Shown in pieces: positions 28,397 through 38,117 of a stretch of 64,000 bases of DNA. The stretch spans positions 163,584 through 227,583 of IMG/VR virus record IMGVR_UViG_3300042359_000853. The stretch is one strand, 5' to 3'. The translations under genes were made by a program, and so were the position numbers. Below the pieces are notes generated by a model, which ran no database searches, had not been told where the DNA came from, and was given only the letters and a program-made list of their open reading frames with translations. Position 1 is the first letter of the stretch; each line of letters opens with the position of its first letter.

Positions 28397-30103
28397 CTAC
28401 TTATTCAAGATCCATTTTCTGTTACCACAATTCCAAACTCTTGAGTATCCAAGTTCTTGTGTTATTTGCTCTTCTGTTTTGTTTGGATCAGCTCCTTTTT
28501 TTACAAGTAAGTGTTTTCTATAGTTGAAACGATGTTTTCTAATACCATTAACAACATACCAATATCCGGGTTGTGATTGTCCTGAATAGTCAAAACCCAA
28601 TGTTTCGTATAGTTCTCCCTGAGAAATCATATTATCTGAGTAGGTTTGTATCTGTATCCAAGAATAGTTGTTTTTAAAGTGTTTTAGTAATTTTGAGGCA
28701 CTTCCTGGACAACTAACATAATTTTTGTTACAAAATCTAGTTAGTTCCCATATACCTTCACCACCTTTTCTAGAAATAGGTAATCTTATTTTGGAAAAAC
28801 ACATAAGTGATATTAGTTCGCCTTCATAATACAATCCTAATCTTACAGAAGATTTACAATCTCCTTGTAAATGATTATCTTCTAAGAATTTTTTTGATTC
28901 TAGATAGAGAACTTCTCTTATCTGACATTTTCTAGCCCAAATACGAGTAGTTGGTCTTTTCAACTTGTTTAAAATGAAAGATTTCACGATATCTTGTTTG
29001 GTCAAATAATCATCTTCCCATATAGTATAAAGTTTTATTCCTAGTTTTTCACACACTTTCATTTTTTCTAGATGATAATCTTTGGACTTGAATCTAGATG
29101 AGTGCCAAAAAACTCCATTAAATTCAAATGCAATTTTAAGATCTGGTAGATAAAAATCAAGCTCTTTGGGATATATTACTGATTTATCATTCATAAGAAC
29201 TTCGCCATCAAAATTTTCCTGAAATATTTTTAACAATTCTTCTTGTTTTAGTGAGATAGTCTCACCTATAGGATGGCATATAGTGCATATAGGTGTTGAA
29301 TTTTTTACTCTTGTATAGAACTGATAGGTTAAAATATTGAAATTCTTAAAACACTTATTACAACCAAAATGTAGCGAAGTAGTATCTGTATCTTTATCAA
29401 ATCCAAGAAAAGTATAGTCTGATGGATTTATTTTTTCTTCAATTCTATCTCTATAGTTTTTGTAAAACTCGAAGATTGTTTTTTTATGAACTTCTGGATT
29501 AGACCAGGGGTGTTCTGTACCCCATCTTTCTATAGACGTTTTTTTATAGGATTCTTTCCAGATCTGGATGTTTTCTTTGAAACTTTCAACTCTTTTATCT
29601 AATATATCTCTATTCTTTGATGGATTATCAACTCCCCAATTTTTGATAAGTGTTTCTTTTGATTTATTTTTAACCACATCACTAGACATAGGTGAATTAC
29701 CGCCCCATTTGGTTTGATTAGTTTGTATTATCTTGTTCCGAATGGTCGGGGATTCACTTGGTGTTTTAGTTCCCCATTTTTCAAGTGAATTATTTATTTT
29801 TTTATTTTTTACATTAGGATCAGAAGAAATACATTTTGTAGAACAATATGAAATATATCCTAGAGTTGAATTTTTATATTTTGTAAAATTCTTACAATCA
29901 TCTCTTTTACATTTTGGTTGAGTAGTAATTCCGTGATATGATAAGTAAACCTTTTCTTTGAACGGTAAGTCATTCAATCCATTTTCTTTGCAAAAATTTA
30001 AGATAGCTAAATAATGATCCGGATAGTGATATTTGACATAAGATTCTTTTGACATCTTACCTGAACTATCATTTTTTAATAAGTTGCCTAAATCTTCTAA
30101 CAT
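28397..30103 (-). CDS. Free-standing Hef-like homing endonuclease (second copy)
   Basis: KWG repeats, CNKC/CTIC zinc motifs, LDFYLPDLKIAFEFNGVFWHS, IWEDDY, ARKCQI...NHLQG. Confidence 0.75.
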   Translation of the reverse strand: MLEDLGNLLKNDSSGKMSKESYVKYHYPDHYLAILNFCKENGLNDLPFKEKVYLSYHGITTQPKCKRDDCKNFTKYKNSTLGYISYCSTKCISSDPNVKNKKINNSLEKWGTKTPSESPTIRNKIIQTNQTKWGGNSPMSSDVVKNKSKETLIKNWGVDNPSKNRDILDKRVESFKENIQIWKESYKKTSIERWGTEHPWSNPEVHKKTIFEFYKNYRDRIEEKINPSDYTFLGFDKDTDTTSLHFGCNKCFKNFNILTYQFYTRVKNSTPICTICHPIGETISLKQEELLKIFQENFDGEVLMNDKSVIYPKELDFYLPDLKIAFEFNGVFWHSSRFKSKDYHLEKMKVCEKLGIKLYTIWEDDYLTKQDIVKSFILNKLKRPTTRIWARKCQIREVLYLESKKFLEDNHLQGDCKSSVRLGLYYEGELISLMCFSKIRLPISRKGGEGIWELTRFCNKNYVSCPGSASKLLKHFKNNYSWIQIQTYSDNMISQGELYETLGFDYSGQSQPGYWYVVNGIRKHRFNYRKHLLVKKGADPNKTEEQITQELGYSRVWNCGNRKWILNK

Positions 30104-30146
30104 ACCTTTCTACATATATATAAAATACTCCAAAAGTTTTTTGCAT

Positions 30147-30178
30147 AAAAAAACCAGACACTTTGGTCTGGTTTTTTT
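30147..30178 (-). terminator. Terminator after tail sheath gene
   Basis: aaaaaaaccagac-actttg-gtctggttttttt. Confidence 0.85.
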
Positions 30179-30193
30179 GTTTTGCACTTTTTG

Positions 30194-33100
30194 TTATGCT
30201 GTGATAAATCCACCACTTTGTATTGCCCCGGTTCTGAGAATTGTTACGTTGTTTACTATAACACCCATCGCCTTTATAGGTTCTACATAAGTATCCAATA
30301 CACCAATCTGATTATCAATAATATCAGGTGTGTTGTTTTCTTCATCACATTTGTTAAAGTAGTTATACAAACCAGCTCTGTTGACATAGGTTTCGCAGAT
30401 TACATCAGCTCTGAGTTTAATTTCAGCTCTAATTTCTGGAGTATTAAATTTCCATTGGAAATCAAGTAACATATCAGCTAGTTCTCTCTCAAGTTCAATA
30501 AGAACTTCTCTAACGTGAATATAAGATAGAGCAGATACAAACTGAGTTTGTGCTGTATTTTCTGTTTCAATTACGAATCCTCTGTTTCTCTTGAATACAA
30601 TAGGGTTCATTTTAGCTCCGTTCAAGTTTTCAATATCTGTTAGTGAAAAGTCTATTTCTAGATTATTGATGCCAAGAACTCTACCGTTTGTAACACCTGC
30701 AACAACTGTCCAAGGAGTGATTGTTGAGTTTGTTGTAACAATTTTTCTCAAATAAGATCCTGCTACATACATAGCTGGTGGAATATCAATTATTCTACCA
30801 TTATCATCAATTGTAACGTAAGGTGCAAAATATCCAACAGCTGATACACCTTTACCCTGTCCAAATGAATATAGGAAAGCAGCTGCTGTGTCTGGGTCTC
30901 CACCCTGAGCTATAAAGCTTGTCTGAAGAACACCTTCGCTATCTACGAAGCTTGGTGATACAGAAGTTCTGAAACTTCTCATCGATGGCATATTAATGAT
31001 ACCGAACGCGTCAAGTCTTTCTCCACAAATATCAACTAATTGTTGTTTTGAATTTTCGATAAGACCAAGACCAAATGAGTCAACTACATATCTGAAGTCA
31101 AGAGCTTCTTTATTTGTAAGAGCTCTAAATAGTGGAGTCCCTTTAGCTACAAGATTCAAGATTTGGTTTTGACGAGTTTCTGTTCCATCCGGCATCGATG
31201 CTTCTCTAATTTGGAATCCTTCGAATGCAAGGCCCTTATAAGTGGTTACATAATTTTCGATTGAACTATATCTCTTGGTAATATAATCACCGTTCACAGT
31301 TGTTTTCTTAATTGCTGAATCACAAGTAAGCTCTGTGAGTGCGGTATTTCCACTCCATCTTCTTTTTGTTAAAATTCTAGTGAGTTTTCTTGGAACTTCA
31401 CCAGTAGCCAATGAAGCAGTTGAATAATCAGCTTCAAGAAAATCTCCAATCTTAATCTCAGGATATCTAGTAGAATCCACTAAGATCTTATTTGTATTTT
31501 CAGTCCATCCTGTTGGAACTAGAATATCGACTGTTTGATCGAAGTTACCTCTCTTAGAATAGGGGAAAAAGTTTGTATTATAGTCTAAATTAGTAAGAGA
31601 TTGTGTTCCAACTAAAGTTTCATCTGTAAATTTACAGATAAGATTTTCATTAGAACTTGTATCTGAAGTATACATTTTCAGATAGTGTTTTGTATCAGCA
31701 TCCCAAATATATTTAGCAACTCCACTCTCATTCGACACAGATTTGTCTAGAACATAATATGATCCACTAGCCGCTGTAATTTCATAAATAGATGTATTGA
31801 GTGTTGAATCTGGTAGAACAAAAGAAAATCCTACTCCAACTTCAGATGGAACACTACCACCTGAAAATAATATCAAATCAAGATCTGAATCTAAAAACTG
31901 ATAACTAATCGTTCCTGATAGAACATTAGGGTGAAAATAATCACCAGTATTGATAAATCCGTCGTAGTAGTTTCTAAAGAACGTTGACCACTCACCAACT
32001 GAACCCATATCTGTTGTCTCGGCTACTTCGGTCTTTGTTTCAAAACCATTTATACCTAATATCAACTCATTATCTACTCTATATAGAACAAGAACACCAG
32101 ACTGCATCATTGAGGTTACTGCCTCTGGTAATACGAGTTGGAAAGATTTGTTTTGTGTTTGTGTATTGACTACATTTTGAACTTCAGTATTTTGTAAACT
32201 TAGTTTGTCAAAATCTGTATTCAATAAAATAGAACCTTTATACTTATCGGTCGATTGTAAGAAACTTACAAGAGAATTGAAAGTTTTAATTCTTCTATAG
32301 TTCTCGTAATCAGATGTTGCGATTGTTCCAGTTGTTGATGGGAATAATACATTAAGTGTTTTAAGGTCTGAACCAGTCGCCGTGATATAGTAGTCTGAAC
32401 TCGAACCATGTGAAAGCTCTCTGTAACCACTATGACCTACCGTAACATTTGAATATGTTACGCTACTAAATGAACCAGACACAATATCATAAGTAGTATA
32501 TCCTAGAACAATATCCGTAGCAGCTACTGTTGGTTTAGAAGAACCTCTTAAGGTCTTGAATTCACCACTTGAATTCAAGTAGAATACTTGTGAATAAGTT
32601 CCGTTGGATAGTGTCCCGGCACTTACTGTGTATGTGAAATTATCCGTTAGTGATATAGTTGAAGATCCTATAACTACAAATGAATCAACACCAACTTTAT
32701 ATTCGAAGTTGAAACTTGTGTCACCCATCAAACTGAAAGACCATGTATATCCACTAATTGTTCCTGCCACTAAATCATAGATGTATCCATCTGAGTAGAA
32801 AGCAGTTCTTTCTTCTCTTGTTGGTGCTACACGAAAATCTGCTGAGAAAGTTCCAGCTAGACCGATAACATTACCAGGAGAATCCAAAAACTTTTCAGAA
32901 TATGAAAGTTTTTCAATAAGTGTTTCTTTGTAAGAAAGAAATTCTACTGAAGTAGCTGAGCTTCCTACTAAATTAGCACCGATTAAATCAACAAGTCCAT
33001 TTGGATAATCTGTCTCGAATAGATCGTTGTCAAAAGTACAAAATAGACCCGATCTATCGGTATCGTTATTTATAATAGTTTCAATAAAGATATTTCTACC

Positions 33101-33913
33101 ATTTGCATCCCTAAAGTATGGAACAAGTGATAGACCTTCATAATAGGCTAAAAGATTGATATTTCTATCGTTTGCGAAATTTCTAAGTTCACTCTTTTTG
33201 ATACCTTCTGTTGTAAAATACTGTGACCATCTCGGATCAGAAGTTAATTCAACATAATTAGTCCAATCACCACCAATTACAACAACATCAACCATATAAT
33301 CGGATGCGTAATCGTGCATATTTAAATATCTTGGCATATTTTCTACATTACCATACCATTCGATCATTGTTCTGTCAAAACCTGTTAGGGAAGACTTCAC
33401 AACAAAAACTGTTATTGTTCTATCTGAAAAGTTTGTAAATGAGAGAATTTGTTTAGTGTAGTCACCTTGATTTTGTTTTGTATAGAGGCCAAAAGATTGT
33501 TCATCTCTCTTCCAAAAACCAGTAGTATCAAAAAATCTCCTGTAGGGAGCAGTTCTCTTGACCAAATTGGTATTATCCGTTGAGGTAGAAAGACTTCTAT
33601 ATCGTAGTAAATCTTCTGTATCTGAAGTCGATAAAAGATTAACCGCTGTTACTGGTGTTTGTTCAAGTAACTTGGTGATAGTTCTGTGAAAAAAAGATCC
33701 CTTTCTTTCTAAGTTTCTATCGATAGGACCAAAAATCCTTTCTAGATCAGAGGTGTTCTGTATTAGAACAGCCGTATTTACTGGACCTTTTCTAGAAAAT
33801 CCCACAACTAAAGTACTGAAAGTATCGATAATTGTTGGTGACTCGACTATTGACCTATCAATTTCTTCTAAAAAGACACCGGGTCTTTTATATTTTCCAA
33901 TTTGAATTGCCAT
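30194..33913 (-). CDS. Tail sheath protein (T4 gp18-like), enlarged
   Basis: YKRPGVFLEEID, GFSRKGPVN, FGPID N-terminus; C-terminal PW..VAG..NG, NPIVF, SYIHVREVL, CDEENNTPDIID. Confidence 0.92.
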   Translation of the reverse strand: MAIQIGKYKRPGVFLEEIDRSIVESPTIIDTFSTLVVGFSRKGPVNTAVLIQNTSDLERIFGPIDRNLERKGSFFHRTITKLLEQTPVTAVNLLSTSDTEDLLRYRSLSTSTDNTNLVKRTAPYRRFFDTTGFWKRDEQSFGLYTKQNQGDYTKQILSFTNFSDRTITVFVVKSSLTGFDRTMIEWYGNVENMPRYLNMHDYASDYMVDVVVIGGDWTNYVELTSDPRWSQYFTTEGIKKSELRNFANDRNINLLAYYEGLSLVPYFRDANGRNIFIETIINNDTDRSGLFCTFDNDLFETDYPNGLVDLIGANLVGSSATSVEFLSYKETLIEKLSYSEKFLDSPGNVIGLAGTFSADFRVAPTREERTAFYSDGYIYDLVAGTISGYTWSFSLMGDTSFNFEYKVGVDSFVVIGSSTISLTDNFTYTVSAGTLSNGTYSQVFYLNSSGEFKTLRGSSKPTVAATDIVLGYTTYDIVSGSFSSVTYSNVTVGHSGYRELSHGSSSDYYITATGSDLKTLNVLFPSTTGTIATSDYENYRRIKTFNSLVSFLQSTDKYKGSILLNTDFDKLSLQNTEVQNVVNTQTQNKSFQLVLPEAVTSMMQSGVLVLYRVDNELILGINGFETKTEVAETTDMGSVGEWSTFFRNYYDGFINTGDYFHPNVLSGTISYQFLDSDLDLILFSGGSVPSEVGVGFSFVLPDSTLNTSIYEITAASGSYYVLDKSVSNESGVAKYIWDADTKHYLKMYTSDTSSNENLICKFTDETLVGTQSLTNLDYNTNFFPYSKRGNFDQTVDILVPTGWTENTNKILVDSTRYPEIKIGDFLEADYSTASLATGEVPRKLTRILTKRRWSGNTALTELTCDSAIKKTTVNGDYITKRYSSIENYVTTYKGLAFEGFQIREASMPDGTETRQNQILNLVAKGTPLFRALTNKEALDFRYVVDSFGLGLIENSKQQLVDICGERLDAFGIINMPSMRSFRTSVSPSFVDSEGVLQTSFIAQGGDPDTAAAFLYSFGQGKGVSAVGYFAPYVTIDDNGRIIDIPPAMYVAGSYLRKIVTTNSTITPWTVVAGVTNGRVLGINNLEIDFSLTDIENLNGAKMNPIVFKRNRGFVIETENTAQTQFVSALSYIHVREVLIELERELADMLLDFQWKFNTPEIRAEIKLRADVICETYVNRAGLYNYFNKCDEENNTPDIIDNQIGVLDTYVEPIKAMGVIVNNVTILRTGAIQSGGFITA

Positions 33914-33971
33914 ATTTTTTTATTTATTTTGATACTATATATATTTATTTAAAAGTGATTTTTTACACTTT

Positions 33972-34826
33972 TTAGGATAGTAGAGCGAAATACTCTTTAA
34001 AATGTTTCAAACGATCCGCAAGACCGATTGTTCCACCATTTACTCTTTTCGTTACCGCAGTTACTGTCGCTTCATCACTACCTTTATCACAAATAGCCCA
34101 GAGTTTGTTAGAGTCAAAGAAAAAAGCTGCTGATGCTAGAGGATATTTACTAGCTACAAGATCAGGATTGGCAACTGTATCTTCACCTATAAACTTAGCA
34201 AAATTAGTATAGTTCGATTTACCGGTGAGTTGGATATAACCACGACCTCTAAACTTATAACCTTCTTTTGTAGATTCGTCACCATTACCCATACGACCAC
34301 CGTATACTTTAGATGCTATTTTTTCTGGATTTTTAGCGTAAGAATCAGCAGTGGTGCCAGGGAAATATTTTGGAAATATCTTTTTAAGACCATCAGCTGA
34401 GTAATTGAGATTTTCTTGGATGTGCTTGAATCCACCAGATTCATGACCACACTGTGCTAGAAAATGAGCTAAACGAAGTGGTGTAGTAATATTGAATTTC
34501 TTAGCAGTGTCAGGTATTTGAGCTATTACGGCATCAGGAATATGACCTTTTAGTTTTTCAAGTTTGAACGTAGAATCTGTTGGAAATACGACATCTTCTT
34601 TGATTGGTTTTGCTGCGGCCGGTGCTGTAGGTGCAGTAGTTGCTGCTGGAAACATTTTCGCCCAAGTTCCATCACCAACAATACCATCTGCTGTAAGTCC
34701 GTTAGCTGCTTGCCACTCTTTTACTTTCTTTTCAGTTCCAGGACCGAATACTCCATCAGCAGCCAATCCTAATTTTTGTTGAAGTTTTTTTACTTCTTCA
34801 CCTTTTGAATTTAATTTAATGACCAT
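33972..34826 (-). CDS. Endolysin: peptidoglycan-binding domain + GH19 lysozyme
   Basis: GEEVKKLQQKLG..ADG.FGPGTE..VK.WQ...GL.ADGIVG (PG_binding_1); AHFLAQCGHESGGF, FRGRGYIQLTGK.NY, VNGG.IGLADR. Confidence 0.92.
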   Translation of the reverse strand: MVIKLNSKGEEVKKLQQKLGLAADGVFGPGTEKKVKEWQAANGLTADGIVGDGTWAKMFPAATTAPTAPAAAKPIKEDVVFPTDSTFKLEKLKGHIPDAVIAQIPDTAKKFNITTPLRLAHFLAQCGHESGGFKHIQENLNYSADGLKKIFPKYFPGTTADSYAKNPEKIASKVYGGRMGNGDESTKEGYKFRGRGYIQLTGKSNYTNFAKFIGEDTVANPDLVASKYPLASAAFFFDSNKLWAICDKGSDEATVTAVTKRVNGGTIGLADRLKHFKEYFALLS

Positions 34827-34872
34827 AGTTTTTTATTTTTTTTTTTTAGGATATATATAAAATCAAAAATTA

Positions 34873-35274
34873 TTATTTTTTCATGGCGTTTTCAAGTGAC
34901 TGACGAAGAGCTGAAGAAAACTCAGTTCTCTCGAAAGGAAGTTTTTCATCTTGAAGTTGAAGTAAGGTTGAGGATACAGAAGTTTTGTTTGATCCTTCAC
35001 CGATATACTCTTTGCCGTCGATAATAATTTTTGTTTTAACAATCGTTTTCTTTTGCTTGAACTCGAAAGGTCCGATACGAATACCTTTTGTTGGTGCTTC
35101 GATTGAAAGTATTTCTACGTTAATAGCTCTGCCGCTATCACATAAGGTATATCTATCGTTAGCAAGTTCCGTAACGATTTGTTTTGCTCCGTAGGTTAGT
35201 TTTGTATCTTGGACACCGTTCATGTGAGCGAGTGTTATAACACTCGCTATAAAGTAACAAATAATTGAATCCAT
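34873..35274 (-). CDS. Small CsgG-fold-like protein (reduced paralogue of the 39603 gene)
   Basis: Visual similarity to the CsgG ORF: GAKQIVTEL/GVSNRIVENL, KQKKTIV/KKTNTTIM, GEGSNKT/GQGQST, FERTEFSSALRQSLENA/FDQSTVGIATQKALEVA. Confidence 0.45.
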   Translation of the reverse strand: MDSIICYFIASVITLAHMNGVQDTKLTYGAKQIVTELANDRYTLCDSGRAINVEILSIEAPTKGIRIGPFEFKQKKTIVKTKIIIDGKEYIGEGSNKTSVSSTLLQLQDEKLPFERTEFSSALRQSLENAMKK

Positions 35275-35335
35275 TTTTAATTTCTAGATTTTATCTTGAA
35301 ATTTTTAATTTCAAGTATAGTTATATATCTAGAAA

Positions 35336-36505
35336 TTAATCTTGAATTTTAGAAGCAGTTGTTGTAGTTCTGTGTTTACCTTTTGAAACTATCCATATTA
35401 GTGAAGTATTCTCAAAGGTTCTAGTATGACTCAGAGGTCTTGTCAGGTAGTAATTTGGTAAAGTAGAGTTTTGTTCTATATCGAGTTTTTCGGCGTTGGA
35501 AAACACTAGATTTTGATTTAATGTTGAATTATTCCAAAATATATTCCAAGCAGATTTAATATCAAAATAATTTGTTGTAGAGTCTGAGGTTATATCACAA
35601 GTGTAAAAATCCCAACTTCTCATCTCTGATGGAAAAGTTTTCATAAAGAGTAAATAATTCAGTTCTGATTCTATTATTGTGTTAGAGTATTGTGAACTAT
35701 TTATTGTAGCTCTGAACGTATAGTTTTGTGGATTAGAAAATGAAGAATTACCCTGCGTATTTGTAAGAATAGTTCCTTGTGGTATCCAAGTTGAACTCTG
35801 AACGAAAGGCGTAAAAAGGACGGAGGAGTTAGAGGTTCCGCTCCAATTTGAACCATTCCTTCCTGGTGTGGTGATTATTTGAGAGTTATCACTATTTGAA
35901 ATACCCTGTAATGAAGATAGAGAAGCGCAACCAGGGTGCGAGAGTAGATTTATTCTTACAGTGTTGGTAGTTTCTGATAATACTATTTGAAAATCAGTAA
36001 AGAGAGTAGTAGTTGTTCTACAATTATAATATCCAATGTGATAACTTACTATAAATCTTCTATTTGGTTGTGATCCGGTAGTTTGGTATCTAACAAAATA
36101 TCCGGATATCGGAAAGAGATCCATAGCGTTTGCGTGTATTCCGTTTCTTACTGTATTATTTGGAGAACCACCAACGATATCACCACCCGTATTGGTAAAT
36201 GAAATCCATCCGTTAGAGCAGATATTTACAGTTGTAAAATTAGTTCCCCAGTAATTGAAAGTAAAACCAATTGGTAGATTTGATATAGTCTGGTCATCAC
36301 CGAGAGTAAGTGAAGTTCCTGATGTTGATTCATAAGCATATGGAACAGATCCTTGTGTGTATCCAGTCTGACCTGGAACAAAATGTTCAACCGTTACTGG
36401 AATTCCCTGTGGTATTCTACCATCAATAGTAGAAATAGTAATAACTTGGCCAAATACAACACTTGATAAAAAGAGAAAATACGTAACAATTCTAAATATT
36501 TTCAT
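35336..36505 (-). CDS. Secreted protein with nidogen-like domain and degenerate dockerin-like tail
   Basis: Signal peptide MKIFRIVTYFLFLSSVVFGQ (start moved to 36505); LGDD....LPIGFTFNYWG..FT.VNICSNGWISF; CDITSDSTTNYFD. Confidence 0.6.
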   Translation of the reverse strand: MKIFRIVTYFLFLSSVVFGQVITISTIDGRIPQGIPVTVEHFVPGQTGYTQGSVPYAYESTSGTSLTLGDDQTISNLPIGFTFNYWGTNFTTVNICSNGWISFTNTGGDIVGGSPNNTVRNGIHANAMDLFPISGYFVRYQTTGSQPNRRFIVSYHIGYYNCRTTTTLFTDFQIVLSETTNTVRINLLSHPGCASLSSLQGISNSDNSQIITTPGRNGSNWSGTSNSSVLFTPFVQSSTWIPQGTILTNTQGNSSFSNPQNYTFRATINSSQYSNTIIESELNYLLFMKTFPSEMRSWDFYTCDITSDSTTNYFDIKSAWNIFWNNSTLNQNLVFSNAEKLDIEQNSTLPNYYLTRPLSHTRTFENTSLIWIVSKGKHRTTTTASKIQD

Positions 36506-36543
36506 TTTAATATATATAAACAAAAAAATAAAAGTCCAAAAAA

Positions 36544-36969
36544 ATGAAACTTATAAAAAAATTTGAAGAGTTTTCACCAGGTGAAAGTTGGGATAATCTT
36601 TCTAAAAAAAGGGGCAGAAAATTAGATCATTTAGTAGGTCAAACACTTAATTTTAATATCATAACTTATCGCACTGAGGATTTCACCAAAGACGAATTAG
36701 AATATAAAAGAAAAACTAACTATGTCGGCACTATAAAACAAGTTCTAGATTGGGATATTTACGAAGAGCCAAAACTTGTTATTGAGTTACCGGAAAGAAC
36801 ATACAAAATAGGATATAACAAAGCAAAAGATATCTTCTACATAAGTAGATACTATCTAGCTAATCAAATTTTAGGAAAACGAGATGTTGATAAAAATATT
36901 TTAGAAGAGTTTAAACAATTTTTCTATAGTCAACTTTTCGATCTTGACAAACAATACAGAGATCAATAA
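36544..36969 (+). CDS. Hypothetical protein (MKLIKKFEEF N-terminus) interrupting the minus-strand envelope cassette
   Basis: ORF with its own AATATATA element. Confidence 0.7.
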   Translation: MKLIKKFEEFSPGESWDNLSKKRGRKLDHLVGQTLNFNIITYRTEDFTKDELEYKRKTNYVGTIKQVLDWDIYEEPKLVIELPERTYKIGYNKAKDIFYISRYYLANQILGKRDVDKNILEEFKQFFYSQLFDLDKQYRDQ

Positions 36970-38117
36970 ACTAAATTCTGTTGATTAGTAAAACCCGGTG
37001 TTAGTAAATAAAAATTTGACACACCACCATTTGTAGGTGTAAAAGTGTAAGTAGATTGAATACCAGGTATCGTATTTCTTAGATCTCCAGTGCTAGAAAT
37101 AAGAGTATTCCACTGAGTTTGTGTGAAAAGAAGTGTTCTTTTTTGATAGGATAATCCACCTATTCTTCTTGATGTTAAATAAATATCACCAATAGTTATA
37201 CTATTATCACCCGTAATCTCGTATTTATGGAAATGGATAGAACGTAATGGTATTCTTTGTAAAACAATACTATCAATACCTAAAAAATCAGAACTTGTTA
37301 GATTTGACAAAGTTGTCGGTATAGTCACTTCTACAGACCATTCATCACCAATTAGTCCTGTTGAAGAAAGAGAATATTGACCAGAACTATTTGTTTGTGA
37401 AGTTGATTGTAAAGTCCAAGAGCCAGGTGATGAAGTTGGAATACCAATTTCCGAAGTTTGTAGAGAGTGAGTTGATTGACCGGGTCTTCTCCAAACAACA
37501 CTAAGACCATCACCTCCGGCATACTCCTGCATTCTAGCTCGAAAGGTGTATTGAACACCACTTGTTAAGTTAATATTTCCATAAATTGGACCACTCATTC
37601 CGTGACCACCGTAATAACTAACTACAAAATTTCCACCAATAAATAGATCAGATCCATCATCTGAGTTGATACCAAAAGAATATTGACCACTTGTTTGTGG
37701 TATAAATGTTCCAGTAACCTCAACTGAATAATACTCTCCGTTATTAGGGACTGTGGCTCCTGCGTTTCTGATTGTTGTGAAAGTCGTAAAATTTAGGCAA
37801 GTAGTAGTAGGTAGTGTTCCAGTCCATCTAAGTTGTGTATTTGAAAAACTAGTATTGAATAGTCGATCGAATTCAGATGTTACTGTAGGATATGCTCCGT
37901 ATTGTGAGGTATTTCCATTTCCCAAGTGTGTTGAGTATATTTTCACGTTCATCGTATTAGATAAAACTATAGTAGGTGTTCTTCTGAACAACTTTGTGAT
38001 AATATTCTGAACAGGAGCATCGCCTTCAGTTCTAATAAAACCTGAATGTGTAAAACTTTGCCCTTGAGTCGATAGAGATAAAAAAATAAGTAGTAGTGGA
38101 AATATAACTTTTTTCAT
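36963..38117 (-). CDS. Secreted PA14-domain protein with dockerin-like tail
   Basis: Signal peptide ending QGQ; PA14 pattern TG.FIP..SG.YSFG..SDDGS.L.IGG..V...G.HG...G.I.L.SG..Y.....E..GG..L.V.W; YEITGDNSITIGDIY. Confidence 0.8.
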   Translation of the reverse strand: MKKVIFPLLLIFLSLSTQGQSFTHSGFIRTEGDAPVQNIITKLFRRTPTIVLSNTMNVKIYSTHLGNGNTSQYGAYPTVTSEFDRLFNTSFSNTQLRWTGTLPTTTCLNFTTFTTIRNAGATVPNNGEYYSVEVTGTFIPQTSGQYSFGINSDDGSDLFIGGNFVVSYYGGHGMSGPIYGNINLTSGVQYTFRARMQEYAGGDGLSVVWRRPGQSTHSLQTSEIGIPTSSPGSWTLQSTSQTNSSGQYSLSSTGLIGDEWSVEVTIPTTLSNLTSSDFLGIDSIVLQRIPLRSIHFHKYEITGDNSITIGDIYLTSRRIGGLSYQKRTLLFTQTQWNTLISSTGDLRNTIPGIQSTYTFTPTNGGVSNFYLLTPGFTNQQNLVY

